Positions 1 to 9,501 of a stretch of DNA of 64,000 bases are shown piece after piece. The position numbers and the translations under genes were made by a program. The notes under the pieces were generated by a model. That model did not search any database. It was not told the DNA's origin and was given only the letters and a program-made list of their open reading frames with translations. The stretch's first letter is position 1; the number at the start of each line of letters is the position of its first letter. The stretch comes from Christensenellaceae bacterium (GTDB lineage Bacteria > Bacillota > Clostridia > Christensenellales > Borkfalkiaceae), in assembly GCA_045613505.1 (NCBI GenBank), contig JAZLBC010000031.1, forward strand, positions 36,038 through 100,037, read 5' to 3'.

Positions 1-1669
1 CTGGGCTAACGTAGTTAGAAGAACCAGCAAACAATACTCTATCGACGAATACAACGTTAGAATTAACGGTTTCTCCGCCAACAACAACTTTTACAGGGTA
101 TTTTTTACCAAATTCGATACCGTCGTAGTTTTGAACTGAAACCTTGTCATCTTCTTGAATGAAAGGTCTTTCTTCTCCGTTGTTAATAACGATAGAAGAA
201 ACAACTTCGTTGGTACGTAGTAATGGATTTGGGTTAGAGTTGCCTATACCAGAGTATAAAACTACTAGACCTAAATCGTTTGAAACGTGATAAACTTTAT
301 TACCATCTTTATTGTTTGCAGAAAGGTAAATCTCTTCGTTCCTTTCAAGAGAAGATAAAGTAGCGGTAGCATATTCGCCATTTACTACGTAATCACTTGA
401 AGTAAGAGTGCTATCTTCGCCATTTATATATAATGTATAGTTAGAAACACCATTATAAAGTTTCCAAGTGATTGATTTAGATGCGTAGTTTATATCGGTA
501 TAAAGACTAGTAACGAAATCAATAGAGTCAGCATCGCCAGCCTTAAAATTTAAGCCGTCGCCTTTTGCTCTAACCATAAACGAGTACTTACCAGAAGGGT
601 AATCCTCAGGTATTTCGTGAGTGGTAGTTCCAGAAACGTTTTCCCATCTAAAACCACCGTCAGTACTGAATTCATAGCCGTTAGCGTTTGCAACAGGCGC
701 CCAAGAAATAACGTTGCCCGCGATAGAAGCGTCTACAGCGTTAAGTTTTTCTAGAGTGTCTGCCGTAACTGAAACCTCACATTCTGCATAGAAATCATTG
801 ATTTGCGCTCTAATGATTGCCGTGCCGATTGAAGCACCGGTTACGTATACTGCTGAATTATCTTCGTTTACAACGATGGTAACGCAAGTAGCGTTATCAA
901 CGATAGACCAAACTGCACCAGAAACGTCTAAATCGGTTACTAGTTTAACGGTTTGGGTAACGCCAACTTTTGTATTAAGGGTAATAGTGTCGAATTTAGC
1001 AGAAGTATTTTTGTTTGAATCTTGCGCGTGTGATGGCGCAGGAGCACTAACTTCTACATTCATAACGTCTTTAATAGTACCGTTTGACAAATAAACTTCA
1101 GTAGAACCAACTGCTAAGCCGATAACTGAACAAGTAGTTTTATCTGCTGATGGAACGATTTTTGCAACGTTTGCATCTTTTACTGACCAAACAAGGCTGT
1201 TAGTATCTACAAACTTAACGATTGAAGAAACGGTAGTAACACCGCCTACGGTAGTTTTTAGATAAGGAACAGCAATGCTTAAATCTGGATTACCAACAAT
1301 TACGTCTTCGCCTTTTTCAGGTTCTGGAACGAAATTAGATTCTAAAACGGTAACCTTGAAAGAAGCAGTATTTGAGCCGATAGTTTGTGTAATTTCGCTA
1401 GAACCTACTTTAAGTGCAGATACTTTGCCGTTATCTTTTTGAACGGAGATAACGGTTTCGTCTGAAACGGTGATATCGTATGCTTTACCTTTTGAAATTG
1501 CATAGAAGTCAAGGTATTTAACTTCACCAACGTGCATAGAAATTTCAACGTCAGCAACCTTGGTAGGTTCTGGGTCTTTTTCTTTACCACACGCTACGCA
1601 TAGAGAAAAAGATAGAAGCATCACGAAAGTAAGAGCGATTTGTAGGATTTTCCTAATATTACTCTTCAT
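1..1669 (-). CDS. Probable surface lipoprotein with bacterial Ig-like (Big_2-type) and Fn3-like repeats; C-terminus lies beyond the left window edge (partial)
   Basis: Absent from the ORF track because it has no stop in the window. Manual minus-strand translation from ATG 1669..1667, preceded by tGGAGGaaaaaATG, gives MKSNIRKILQIALTFVMLLSFSLCVACGKEKDP... (signal peptide plus Cys). I translated the whole frame by eye and saw no stop down to position 2, but re-checked codon by codon only positions 1-121 and 1561-1669. Repeated blocks such as VWSVKDANVAKIV...GLAVGSTEVYL look Big_2-like. ISWAPVANANGYEF looks Fn3-like. Confidence 0.7.
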   Translation of the reverse strand, partial: MKSNIRKILQIALTFVMLLSFSLCVACGKEKDPEPTKVADVEISMHVGEVKYLDFYAISKGKAYDITVSDETVISVQKDNGKVSALKVGSSEITQTIGSNTASFKVTVLESNFVPEPEKGEDVIVGNPDLSIAVPYLKTTVGGVTTVSSIVKFVDTNSLVWSVKDANVAKIVPSADKTTCSVIGLAVGSTEVYLSNGTIKDVMNVEVSAPAPSHAQDSNKNTSAKFDTITLNTKVGVTQTVKLVTDLDVSGAVWSIVDNATCVTIVVNEDNSAVYVTGASIGTAIIRAQINDFYAECEVSVTADTLEKLNAVDASIAGNVISWAPVANANGYEFSTDGGFRWENVSGTTTHEIPEDYPSGKYSFMVRAKGDGLNFKAGDADSIDFVTSLYTDINYASKSITWKLYNGVSNYTLYINGEDSTLTSSDYVVNGEYATATLSSLERNEEIYLSANNKDGNKVYHVSNDLGLVVLYSGIGNSNPNPLLRTNEVVSSIVINNGEERPFIQEDDKVSVQNYDGIEFGKKYPVKVVVGGETVNSNVVFVDRVLFAGSSNYVSP

Positions 1670-1719
1670 TTTTTCCTCCAATATATAGGTAAACCTAAGA
1701 ATACCTATATTATACCCCC

Positions 1720-1741
1720 TGCCCTGCAAAATCGCAGGGCA
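1720..1741 (-). other. Intercistronic 8-bp GC-rich hairpin without a U-tract, between the solute-binding gene and the Big_2 lipoprotein gene
   Basis: tgccctgc-aaaatc-gcagggca read directly. No T-run follows on either strand, so it is not a canonical terminator. It could be an attenuator or an RNA-stability/processing element. Confidence 0.35.
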
Positions 1742-1777
1742 AGAGAAAGTCCATATTTTTTAGATTGATACTTTAGA

Positions 1778-3424
1778 TTAACCTAGGGCATCATAACGAA
1801 CAGAATTCCAATAACGGAATTGACCGTTATAGTAATCCTCAACGTTTGCTTTACCTGGATGACTGATTAAGTATGACCATGGGTTGTTGGTTACGGTTCC
1901 GTCTGAAACTTTAGTATAGTGGAACCAAGTTAAGAAACGATCGTATTGATTGTAACGAGTTTTACAAGTAGAAAGTTCGTAACACATTTCGTAAGTTGAT
2001 TCTGCTTTATAAGCGTAAACGTTTTGAGTTATTGGTGCAAGTTCAGCAAGTTGATCTTTGGTGAACTTGGTTGCAATAGTTCTTGGAGCACAAGAACCTT
2101 TAACGTTTAAGAAACAACCTTCGTTTGAGTTAAGATATTGATAGAATGCCTTAACTTCTGGTTTGCTAGCAGATTTAGCGTTTACGAAAATGAAAGCGTC
2201 TGAACCAGTAGAATACATGGTGGTTTTGCCGTAGTTCTTGGTTTCTGGAACACCTGAACTATCGTTGCCGTCAAATTTTGGTAAAGCCATGTAACGGAAA
2301 TCACGTTTGCCGTAGCCGTAGTTAGGATTTAATTTTTCCATAGCAGCAAAAACAGGTCTTGCTTCGTTGTGCCAGTAAGCACCTTCCATGAACATTGCTA
2401 CACGTTTGCCTTTATTTTGCATTTGAATAGATTGAATGAATTCTGCTTGAGCGTCGGTGTGGCCGTGGCCTCCTTTATAAGAAGCGTCAGAGAAGTTTTC
2501 TGGTTTAACGATTTCGTTAATCATGGTAAGAGCAGCAAGTCTGCCATATTGTTTTGCTAAGTATTTAAAGTTAGCAGTGTCAGGATTTGCGTTGATTTCG
2601 TAAATATCTTCGCCGTTATCACCTTTAACAGGAGTTTGAAGAGTGCCGTTGAACGAGAAGTTGATATCGAAGTCGTGTTTACCTTCGTATGCAGCAACGA
2701 AAGCATCGAACATACCTTTACGTACGTAATCGATATCTGATGCACAGAAAGGAACAAGACCAGCGCCCCTGATTTCATCTAGTAAATTAAGGAATTCTTT
2801 CCAAGTTCCTGGAAGACCGTCGTCGGTAGTGCCTTCTATTCCGTCTGGGCCGTTGCCATAGTTAAGAAGGTCTTCACCATCTGGTCCTAATAGGTCGTGA
2901 TCGTACCAAATACCCCAAATACCTTCGTAGTAAGGAGTAGCATAGTAAGAACCATTGTGGTTATATAGAGTTTGATAAGATTCAGGCATTCTATCTTTGA
3001 TAGAAACGGTACCGCCACTTGGAACTAGGTTGTAGTTTTCGTCGTAGCAAGGTTCGGTGATCCATTCGGTGATATCTGCAAGATAGCCAGAACCTGCGAA
3101 CATTTTATAACTATCCCTTGCGTTTAGATATACGTCGAAATGAGAGTCTGCCATTTCTTCTAAATTTGCTTCACGATAGTTGGTATCTACCAAAAGTTGA
3201 TATTCTGGGAACATTTTTTCGAAACCGGCTTTAATGTCGTATTTCATCCAGTCTATACCCATACCGTCGTTGATGATGGTAACCCAAACAGGTGTTCTAT
3301 CTGGATCAACAGGTTCTTCTGGTGGTTTGTTTGGGCCTTCTGTTTCGCCACAACCCATGAACGCACCAAGCGCACATGAAAGGGCAAGAACTAGAACAAG
3401 AACTTTTTTAAGTAAACTTTTCAT
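1778..3424 (-). CDS. Large extracellular solute-binding lipoprotein (ABC-transporter SBP family 1, LplA-like size class)
   Basis: Signal peptide plus Cys (LALSCALGAFMGCGE). AAGGAG RBS. The 548-aa size and W/Y/D/N-rich composition fit sugar-binding SBPs. The family call is from overall resemblance, not a strict motif. Confidence 0.55.
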   Translation of the reverse strand: MKSLLKKVLVLVLALSCALGAFMGCGETEGPNKPPEEPVDPDRTPVWVTIINDGMGIDWMKYDIKAGFEKMFPEYQLLVDTNYREANLEEMADSHFDVYLNARDSYKMFAGSGYLADITEWITEPCYDENYNLVPSGGTVSIKDRMPESYQTLYNHNGSYYATPYYEGIWGIWYDHDLLGPDGEDLLNYGNGPDGIEGTTDDGLPGTWKEFLNLLDEIRGAGLVPFCASDIDYVRKGMFDAFVAAYEGKHDFDINFSFNGTLQTPVKGDNGEDIYEINANPDTANFKYLAKQYGRLAALTMINEIVKPENFSDASYKGGHGHTDAQAEFIQSIQMQNKGKRVAMFMEGAYWHNEARPVFAAMEKLNPNYGYGKRDFRYMALPKFDGNDSSGVPETKNYGKTTMYSTGSDAFIFVNAKSASKPEVKAFYQYLNSNEGCFLNVKGSCAPRTIATKFTKDQLAELAPITQNVYAYKAESTYEMCYELSTCKTRYNQYDRFLTWFHYTKVSDGTVTNNPWSYLISHPGKANVEDYYNGQFRYWNSVRYDALG

Positions 3425-3470
3425 AATTTCTCCTTAAAATATTTATAAAATTTTTTATTTTTTTATTTAA

Positions 3471-5468
3471 TTATAGAACAAGAGAAGTGTGGTTTGACAT
3501 GCCAAATTTTTTGATGTTGTTAACGTATCTTATTTTTAACGCTTCGTATTCTTCTACAGAGAAGTTTATTTGACAGTCTTGTAATAAGAAAGATAAGTGT
3601 TGGTGAGCGTCAGTTTCAACTCTGCCCCTTAACGTTTCTTTCATTTCTTCGCTTAAATCACTTTCGTTAATACATCTGTGCGCTTCTTGAGTGATTGCTT
3701 CTAAATCCATAAGGATATCGTAATCCCAGTCACCCTTATCGTCGTAAACGAAGTTATTGTACCACGAGTCGATACAGCCGTTGTAGCCCTTCTTCTTGCT
3801 GATGGCGTTAAAGTTTGCCATAGTTAAATCGTAGTAAGCCTGCATTGCAGGTGCTGCAACTTTATAGTATTGAGCAAAGAATTTAGAAGATAATGAATCG
3901 TAATCGTATTCGTTATCGTAATACAACTTACCGCACATATAATCGAAATATTCACCAAAAGGTCTATCAGCCTCTCTCATTGAACCTTGCCAACGCGTTA
4001 AGGTGTATGGCACTTCTTCGAAATAATCTGCTTGTTCACGTAGCGCTTGGAATTTAGGGAACATTAGCGCAGTGCCTTGTCCGTGGAAAATGTAACCATA
4101 AGTCCAAAGAGACATATTATCGGTAATAGATGCCCAACCGTTAGCGTAGTGAACAGCGCTAAGGTTGTTCGTTTCGCAACGTGGATCACTCCAAGAGTGA
4201 CCTTGGCAAGAACCGATAGGCGTGAAACGAACCATTACCCAATCGTCTACGAACACGTCTTCTGAAACAGTTTCGTATTCTTCGGTAATTTCGTTGTATT
4301 TAGTAGGTGGAGCTTCGTAAATGTTATACATTAAGCCCATTAGGTATACAACGGTATCAACGCCACGCGCTTGCAAGCCTTCTCTAACAATTTTAGCTGC
4401 AACGTTAAGCATATTTAAATATGCTTCAGCGTTGGTGTGAGTTTTATAGTATGCTTCACAATTATCGCATTTACATCTACCTTGGTCGTCAGGGTTACCT
4501 ACTTCGTATATAACGACGTTATCGCCCTTTTGCATCATGTTACATTTAATTAAAATGTCTTCACCTACGGCTTTAAGTGCTTCTGGATTAGAGTAGCACA
4601 AGTGAATACCGTTAGGGAAAAAGTTTTTATTAGTATTACTTAGTATTTGAGTGCCTAGAGTGTGCGAATAGGTTCCAAGTAAGCTCTTACCATCAATAGT
4701 ACCACCGCCAACGAACGTTTCGTACATCATTCTTTGACGTGCTCTAACGTTAGAAGGTTCGTCGATACCAGGGCCTTCAGATACTAGGTTAAATTGAACG
4801 TTTGGTAAATATTTGAAAATACCAAAGTTGTACATTGCTTGTGAATCTTTTTTATCGATATTGTATTCGTCTGAAGCAAATTGTTCAAAACCGAGTTGTT
4901 TTTCGATAAAGGTTACCATAGAAGCGTATGCGCCGTCTGCTTGAGTACCACTAAAGAATATGGTATTGCCCCATAGCGCAAGAAGTTGACCTACAATTTT
5001 TAGTTCATCAAATTTAGGAACTAGATTTGCGTTGGTTTTTTGTGCTTCTGCTAAAACAGTAGTTCTACCGATTGATAGGTAATATTGTTTATTATCCCCT
5101 AAAACAACACCTTCATTGTCGTAAACGATTGGAAGGGTTACACCAAGAGATTCTTTAGTAAATCTTTGTAGGTCGTTAGCGGCGTAAAGTTCACCTTTGG
5201 TTGGTTTTGCAGGAACGATAATCTTATAATTAGAAGTGCCATTTTCTGCAAGCATAAGAGTTTTAGAGGAATCGTTAGCGTCAGTTGCATAACCTAATTT
5301 TTCTAGGGTTAAGATAGCTGAATCTACCATGGTGCCGTCTGGCACGACAGTTTCAACAGTAGGAGGGGTAACCACTGGTGGTTCTTCTTCCTCTCCACAA
5401 GCCACTAGTGAAAAGCATACGGTTAATGCAAGAACTAGACAAAGGATTTTAGATAATAATTTTTTCAT
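3471..5468 (-). CDS. DUF4838-like (glycoside-hydrolase-like) lipoprotein
   Basis: Lipobox FSLVACGEE. GGAGG RBS. HLCYSNPEALKAV and the Cys cluster DDQGRCKCDNCEAYY resemble conserved DUF4838 blocks as I recall them. The start lies 1 nt after the upstream gene's stop. Confidence 0.5.
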   Translation of the reverse strand: MKKLLSKILCLVLALTVCFSLVACGEEEEPPVVTPPTVETVVPDGTMVDSAILTLEKLGYATDANDSSKTLMLAENGTSNYKIIVPAKPTKGELYAANDLQRFTKESLGVTLPIVYDNEGVVLGDNKQYYLSIGRTTVLAEAQKTNANLVPKFDELKIVGQLLALWGNTIFFSGTQADGAYASMVTFIEKQLGFEQFASDEYNIDKKDSQAMYNFGIFKYLPNVQFNLVSEGPGIDEPSNVRARQRMMYETFVGGGTIDGKSLLGTYSHTLGTQILSNTNKNFFPNGIHLCYSNPEALKAVGEDILIKCNMMQKGDNVVIYEVGNPDDQGRCKCDNCEAYYKTHTNAEAYLNMLNVAAKIVREGLQARGVDTVVYLMGLMYNIYEAPPTKYNEITEEYETVSEDVFVDDWVMVRFTPIGSCQGHSWSDPRCETNNLSAVHYANGWASITDNMSLWTYGYIFHGQGTALMFPKFQALREQADYFEEVPYTLTRWQGSMREADRPFGEYFDYMCGKLYYDNEYDYDSLSSKFFAQYYKVAAPAMQAYYDLTMANFNAISKKKGYNGCIDSWYNNFVYDDKGDWDYDILMDLEAITQEAHRCINESDLSEEMKETLRGRVETDAHQHLSFLLQDCQINFSVEEYEALKIRYVNNIKKFGMSNHTSLVL

Positions 5469-5469
5469 A

Positions 5470-8400
5470 TTATACAGCCTCCACTATTACAGTTTTAAGA
5501 GAGCGGTTACCGTTTTGACCGATTGCAAAGTAGAAAATCTTGTAAATGCCAGCCTTTTCAAAATAGATTGGGTTGGTATACACGTCGTTATCAGCAAATA
5601 GATCGCGCGCACGGCCGTCGAAGATATAGAATATATTTATTCCGATTACTGAACCGGCTTTATCGGTTGCAGTTGCACTTGGTAGAGAAAGGATAGTACC
5701 AACTTCTACAACTGATGGAATTTCGCCGTTTATAGTGATTATAGGCGCAGACTGGTCTTTTACTATTACCCTCTTTTCAAGTTCAGATGATCTATTTGCA
5801 TAGTCGGTAACTTTGAAGGTAATTAAGTAAGTGCCGTAGCCCTTATCAAACACGAATTTCATACCGCTCTTAGAAGCGTCTATCGTTTCGGTGTATTGTA
5901 GTTCACTATTTTCGTTGAAATATTGAATAGTTGCAATATTTTCTTTGATTGAGTTAAGAACGTCGTAAGTGTATGGAAGAACGATGTTGTATGAATCGCC
6001 CAAATCAGTTTCTTTATAGTCAGAAAGTTCTTTATCAAAGTAGAATACAGGTTTAATTAAGTCACGCTTAATGCTTAGGTTAAACGCTTGACCAGCAATA
6101 TTAGATACGGTTACTTTGTTCGTTCCGCCGGTAAAACCGAAAGAAGTATAAACGTATTTGCTAGTAAATCCTGCAAACTCGAAGCCAGAAGCATAAGTAG
6201 TTGCTCTGCCAACGTAAATGTTACCATTGTAGAAATCACCGTTTGCTTTTACGTTAAAGTTGAAAGCAACAGAAGTGAAGTTGGTTGCTATGAAAGTTAT
6301 AAATACTCTATCGCCGTTGTCTAAAACGTTATAAACTTCCATTCTATCGTCGCTTACTTGCAAGAAACCGAACACTACGGTTCTGTTAGGATCGCCAGCA
6401 TCAGTAATAGCAACTTCAAACATTGAACCTAATTGGTTGCTTGCATCAAGTTGGAACATCAATCTATAGTAATTTAGATCAATAGCATTGATAAATTCTA
6501 CTTTTTCGGCTTTCGTTGGGTTGGTTGCTACGAAAGGCGTATTTGATGATGAATAGCCTGCGTAGTCATATGATGATGGTAGCGTGAGATAATTAGTTAG
6601 GAATGGAATATCGTATTCTGGATCTTCCTCAGTTCCTACGTTCATTTTAAATCTTTCGCCGTTGTTTACTACTGGAATAGTATAAGACTTAGTAGCCGTT
6701 TTTTCGCCACTGGTTGCAGTATATACAACTTCTACGTTGCCACTTGCTGGAACGGTGAAGTATTTAGTAGTGCAATCCGTGCCGTTAGCCGTAATCTTAA
6801 CGTCTGCTTTTGTTCCGTCTGCTAGAGTTGCCGTTGGCATTGGGAATAAGACTTTTGCTTCTGGAATTAAAGCCTTTTGAATAGCAATACTGCTAAACAC
6901 TATACCAGTGTTTTCGGTTACGTTAATTTCGCGTTTTGCTAAGAAGGTTTTTTCGCCAGCAAAGTCTGTAACGCTATAATTTACCGTATACACGCCCACC
7001 TTATCAGCAGTGAAATAATCGTATGCGCCTTCTTTTATAGCAACAGGTTTACCAGAGAAGAACACTTCGGTAGTTACCTTGTAGAAAGGACTTTGCGCTA
7101 CCGAAACAGGTGCTCCGCCAACAGTAAAGTCTAGCAAGCCGTCGAATAGCGTGATGTCTTCCCCTACGAACGCAGAAGTTGGAATAAGATTGCTTATTCT
7201 ATAAGACACGTCGAAATCTAGATATTCCTTTGCAACTACGACTATCGTCTTTTTAACAGGGTCGCCGATAGAAGGGTCTGGATTTGCGGTGTATTCAATA
7301 TAATATTTACCAGTTTTCGTTACAGGGAAACTGCCGTTTATAATTGGTAAACGGTTTGCTTCGGTTTTAGAATCAAAGTATACTTTTGCGCTTGGGGTTG
7401 GTAAAACACCTTCTATATAGTTATGAGCGTAAGCGTCGTATACTGGGTAGAAACTATTTTTGCCAGCAACAACGTCTGGTAAGGCGTTTTCGTCTAAACC
7501 ATTGGTATCAACGTAGATTTTGGTTTCATAGTTTTCTTCATCCCAAGTATCTAACATTTGTCCACCGATGTTAAATAGCATGAAATTAAGTTCGTTTCTG
7601 CCTTGTCCTGGGAAAGTCATTTCCATCTTGATCATACCAGATGGGAAGCCGTTAAACTTGTCGCCACGTTTAAAATCTTCGTAATCGTCAAAGTCCCAGT
7701 TACCATCGCTATAAAAATATCCGTTTGGAACGTATTTATGCCATGGACTTGGATTGTCTCTTACAGGTTTATCGAACTGTTCTTGTGGGTAACCACCTGA
7801 TTCTGAAATGTAGATTGCTTCGTTAGGGAACGAATAAGCAGCGTTAGTGCCAGCATCGTAACGAAGGTGAAGCGAACTGGTTGCAGGACGGTGCCCGCCA
7901 GATGGTAAAATATCCGTTTGAACAACGCCAGGCCATTCACCACCAGTGTTCGCGTCCGTATTAAACGCACCGTATGCAGAACACAAAGTATAGCAAGAAC
8001 CTGCGCCGGTGTCTTTATTAATGAAACGGTTACCTAGCCAAACGCCAGATTCGTTTTCGTTTGCTCTAACTGATACAGGCACGTTACGACGATGGTAAGA
8101 AGATAATTTAAATTCTAGATGGATGTCAGGATATGCTGCATCGTAGAATTTAACGATTACGCTATCTTGCAATTCTTTAACACCTTGTTTATTAGTTGCG
8201 TCGTATACTGCAGGGGTAAACATCATTTCGATAAGGTCTTCGTGAACGTTTATTTTAGACGCGTCTATAACACCGTCGTATCTTAGAACGGCGTTTTCAT
8301 CTGCTGCAGTAAACTTGATACCTTTGGTAGAACCAACGTAACCAACTGACGCATCTAATGGAGATGGCGTTACGTTTTGAATCCAGTCAGGTAGTTCGGC

Positions 8401-8817
8401 GTTAGGAGTTACGGTAATACCTTCTGACGAGGAGAATAACGATTCAGAAGCGTTTGCTACTGAAAACTCGTCTTCCATTTCGTAGGTGTTAGTACCGTCG
8501 GTGAAAGAATACGTGATTACGTAGTCACCTAGTTCGCTTAACACAATTTGCGAGCCCGTAGTGGTTTTGCCACTTGGGTAAGTTACAGTCGTGGTAAGAG
8601 AATAGTCCGCACCGTTGAGTGTTGCCTTATTTCCTTCCGGAATTGCTAGCACGCTTTGCCTTGCTAATACCTTAGAATAAGCAGTGCTGTTGATGCTCCA
8701 CGTTGGCTCTGAAGCCATTGCGGTTGCAAATACGGTAGAAAGTGAAATACATAGCGCTGATAATGCAACTACGCATAAAGGCAATATCGTTTGTAATAAT
8801 GTCTTTTTTCTCATCAC
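5470..8817 (-). CDS. Large secreted beta-rich protein, 1115 aa, Ig-like repeats, function unknown
   Basis: N-terminal signal peptide (LLQTILPLCVVALSALCISLSTVFATAMA). GGAGG-6 nt-ATG. The C-terminal block DQSAPIITINGEIPSVVEVGTILSLPSATATD resembles bacterial Ig-like (DUF5011/HYR-type) domains. No LPXTG, lipobox or C-terminal TM segment. Confidence 0.6.
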   Translation of the reverse strand: MMRKKTLLQTILPLCVVALSALCISLSTVFATAMASEPTWSINSTAYSKVLARQSVLAIPEGNKATLNGADYSLTTTVTYPSGKTTTGSQIVLSELGDYVITYSFTDGTNTYEMEDEFSVANASESLFSSSEGITVTPNAELPDWIQNVTPSPLDASVGYVGSTKGIKFTAADENAVLRYDGVIDASKINVHEDLIEMMFTPAVYDATNKQGVKELQDSVIVKFYDAAYPDIHLEFKLSSYHRRNVPVSVRANENESGVWLGNRFINKDTGAGSCYTLCSAYGAFNTDANTGGEWPGVVQTDILPSGGHRPATSSLHLRYDAGTNAAYSFPNEAIYISESGGYPQEQFDKPVRDNPSPWHKYVPNGYFYSDGNWDFDDYEDFKRGDKFNGFPSGMIKMEMTFPGQGRNELNFMLFNIGGQMLDTWDEENYETKIYVDTNGLDENALPDVVAGKNSFYPVYDAYAHNYIEGVLPTPSAKVYFDSKTEANRLPIINGSFPVTKTGKYYIEYTANPDPSIGDPVKKTIVVVAKEYLDFDVSYRISNLIPTSAFVGEDITLFDGLLDFTVGGAPVSVAQSPFYKVTTEVFFSGKPVAIKEGAYDYFTADKVGVYTVNYSVTDFAGEKTFLAKREINVTENTGIVFSSIAIQKALIPEAKVLFPMPTATLADGTKADVKITANGTDCTTKYFTVPASGNVEVVYTATSGEKTATKSYTIPVVNNGERFKMNVGTEEDPEYDIPFLTNYLTLPSSYDYAGYSSSNTPFVATNPTKAEKVEFINAIDLNYYRLMFQLDASNQLGSMFEVAITDAGDPNRTVVFGFLQVSDDRMEVYNVLDNGDRVFITFIATNFTSVAFNFNVKANGDFYNGNIYVGRATTYASGFEFAGFTSKYVYTSFGFTGGTNKVTVSNIAGQAFNLSIKRDLIKPVFYFDKELSDYKETDLGDSYNIVLPYTYDVLNSIKENIATIQYFNENSELQYTETIDASKSGMKFVFDKGYGTYLITFKVTDYANRSSELEKRVIVKDQSAPIITINGEIPSVVEVGTILSLPSATATDKAGSVIGINIFYIFDGRARDLFADNDVYTNPIYFEKAGIYKIFYFAIGQNGNRSLKTVIVEAV

Positions 8818-8870
8818 TAGCCTCCAGGGTATAATTACCCATTTATAGTTTTCAATACTAATACATTATC

Positions 8871-8899
8871 ATTATATATGATTTATTTTAATTTGTCCA
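8871..8899 (-). promoter_or_regulatory. Putative sigma-A promoter of the 8817->1 secreted-protein operon
   Basis: Minus strand reads TGGACA-17 nt-TATAAT (plus-strand tgtcca 8894-8899, attata 8871-8876), about 50 nt upstream of the ATG at 8817. Confidence 0.45.
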
Positions 8900-9231
8900 T
8901 TATTTTTTTGACGTCTTTTTATTTTTTTCTATAAATTTTTGATATTTTATATATTTTTTTTAAAAAACATTTAAAAATTATCTTGTAAAAAATTTTTTTA
9001 AACTTTTTTGGCGGGTTTTGTAGATAGCGATTCTTATTAGTTTTTACCAGTTTTTAGTATTTTATATATAAATATATAAACTGAAACTTTTTGAATTTAA
9101 ATCGCACGCTTGTACTTTTATATTTTGTGTTTTTAATTTATTATCACCCGTTATTTATTATACGAAGTTTTTAGGAAAATATGAGCGATCAAAACCCTAG
9201 ATGATTTTAAGATATTTCTTTGTAAAAATAA

Positions 9232-9279
9232 GTCGAATTTTAGCCTATTATATGTGTCGAATTTTAGTCTATTATATAT
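9232..9279. repeat. Tandem direct repeat, 2 x 24 bp, 22/24 identical
   Basis: gtcgaattttagcctattatatgt / gtcgaattttagtctattatatat. On the minus strand each unit carries a TATAAT-like box. Confidence 0.8.
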
Positions 9280-9337
9280 AATGTTTTAAAACAGGGAAAT
9301 TGCGTTGTAAAATTTCGGGCGCTTTTTTATTCGAAAC

Positions 9338-9371
9338 GCAAAAAAATCGGGCAGTTTTCGTTTGCCCGATT
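9338..9371 (-). terminator. Rho-independent terminator downstream of the acyltransferase gene
   Basis: 9-bp stem aatcgggca / tgcccgatt with a 9-nt loop. On the minus strand a 7-nt U-run follows (plus-strand A-run 9340-9346). Confidence 0.7.
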
Positions 9372-9501
9372 TTCGTTTTATTTAGCGTTATTAGTTTCGT
9401 CTTTATTTTGTTTGTTCTATTTTTACGTTTGCAGTGCCTTTTTAATATTTAGACACAAACAATAAGACGGATTTACTCGTGCAGAGCATACAAAAGAGAG
9501 A

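Noticed and set aside
798-1590. Track ORFs 798..1094 (+, 98 aa) and 1405..1590 (-, 61 aa)
   Set aside because: Both lie inside the long open minus-strand frame 1..1669. That frame has an RBS, a signal peptide and repeated Ig-like blocks. These two are out-of-frame or antisense shadow ORFs with low-complexity translations.
9181-9204. Tiny ORF ATG AGC GAT CAA AAC CCT AGA TGA (MSDQNPR) in the long intergenic region
   Set aside because: It is seven codons long with no RBS, and is most likely chance.
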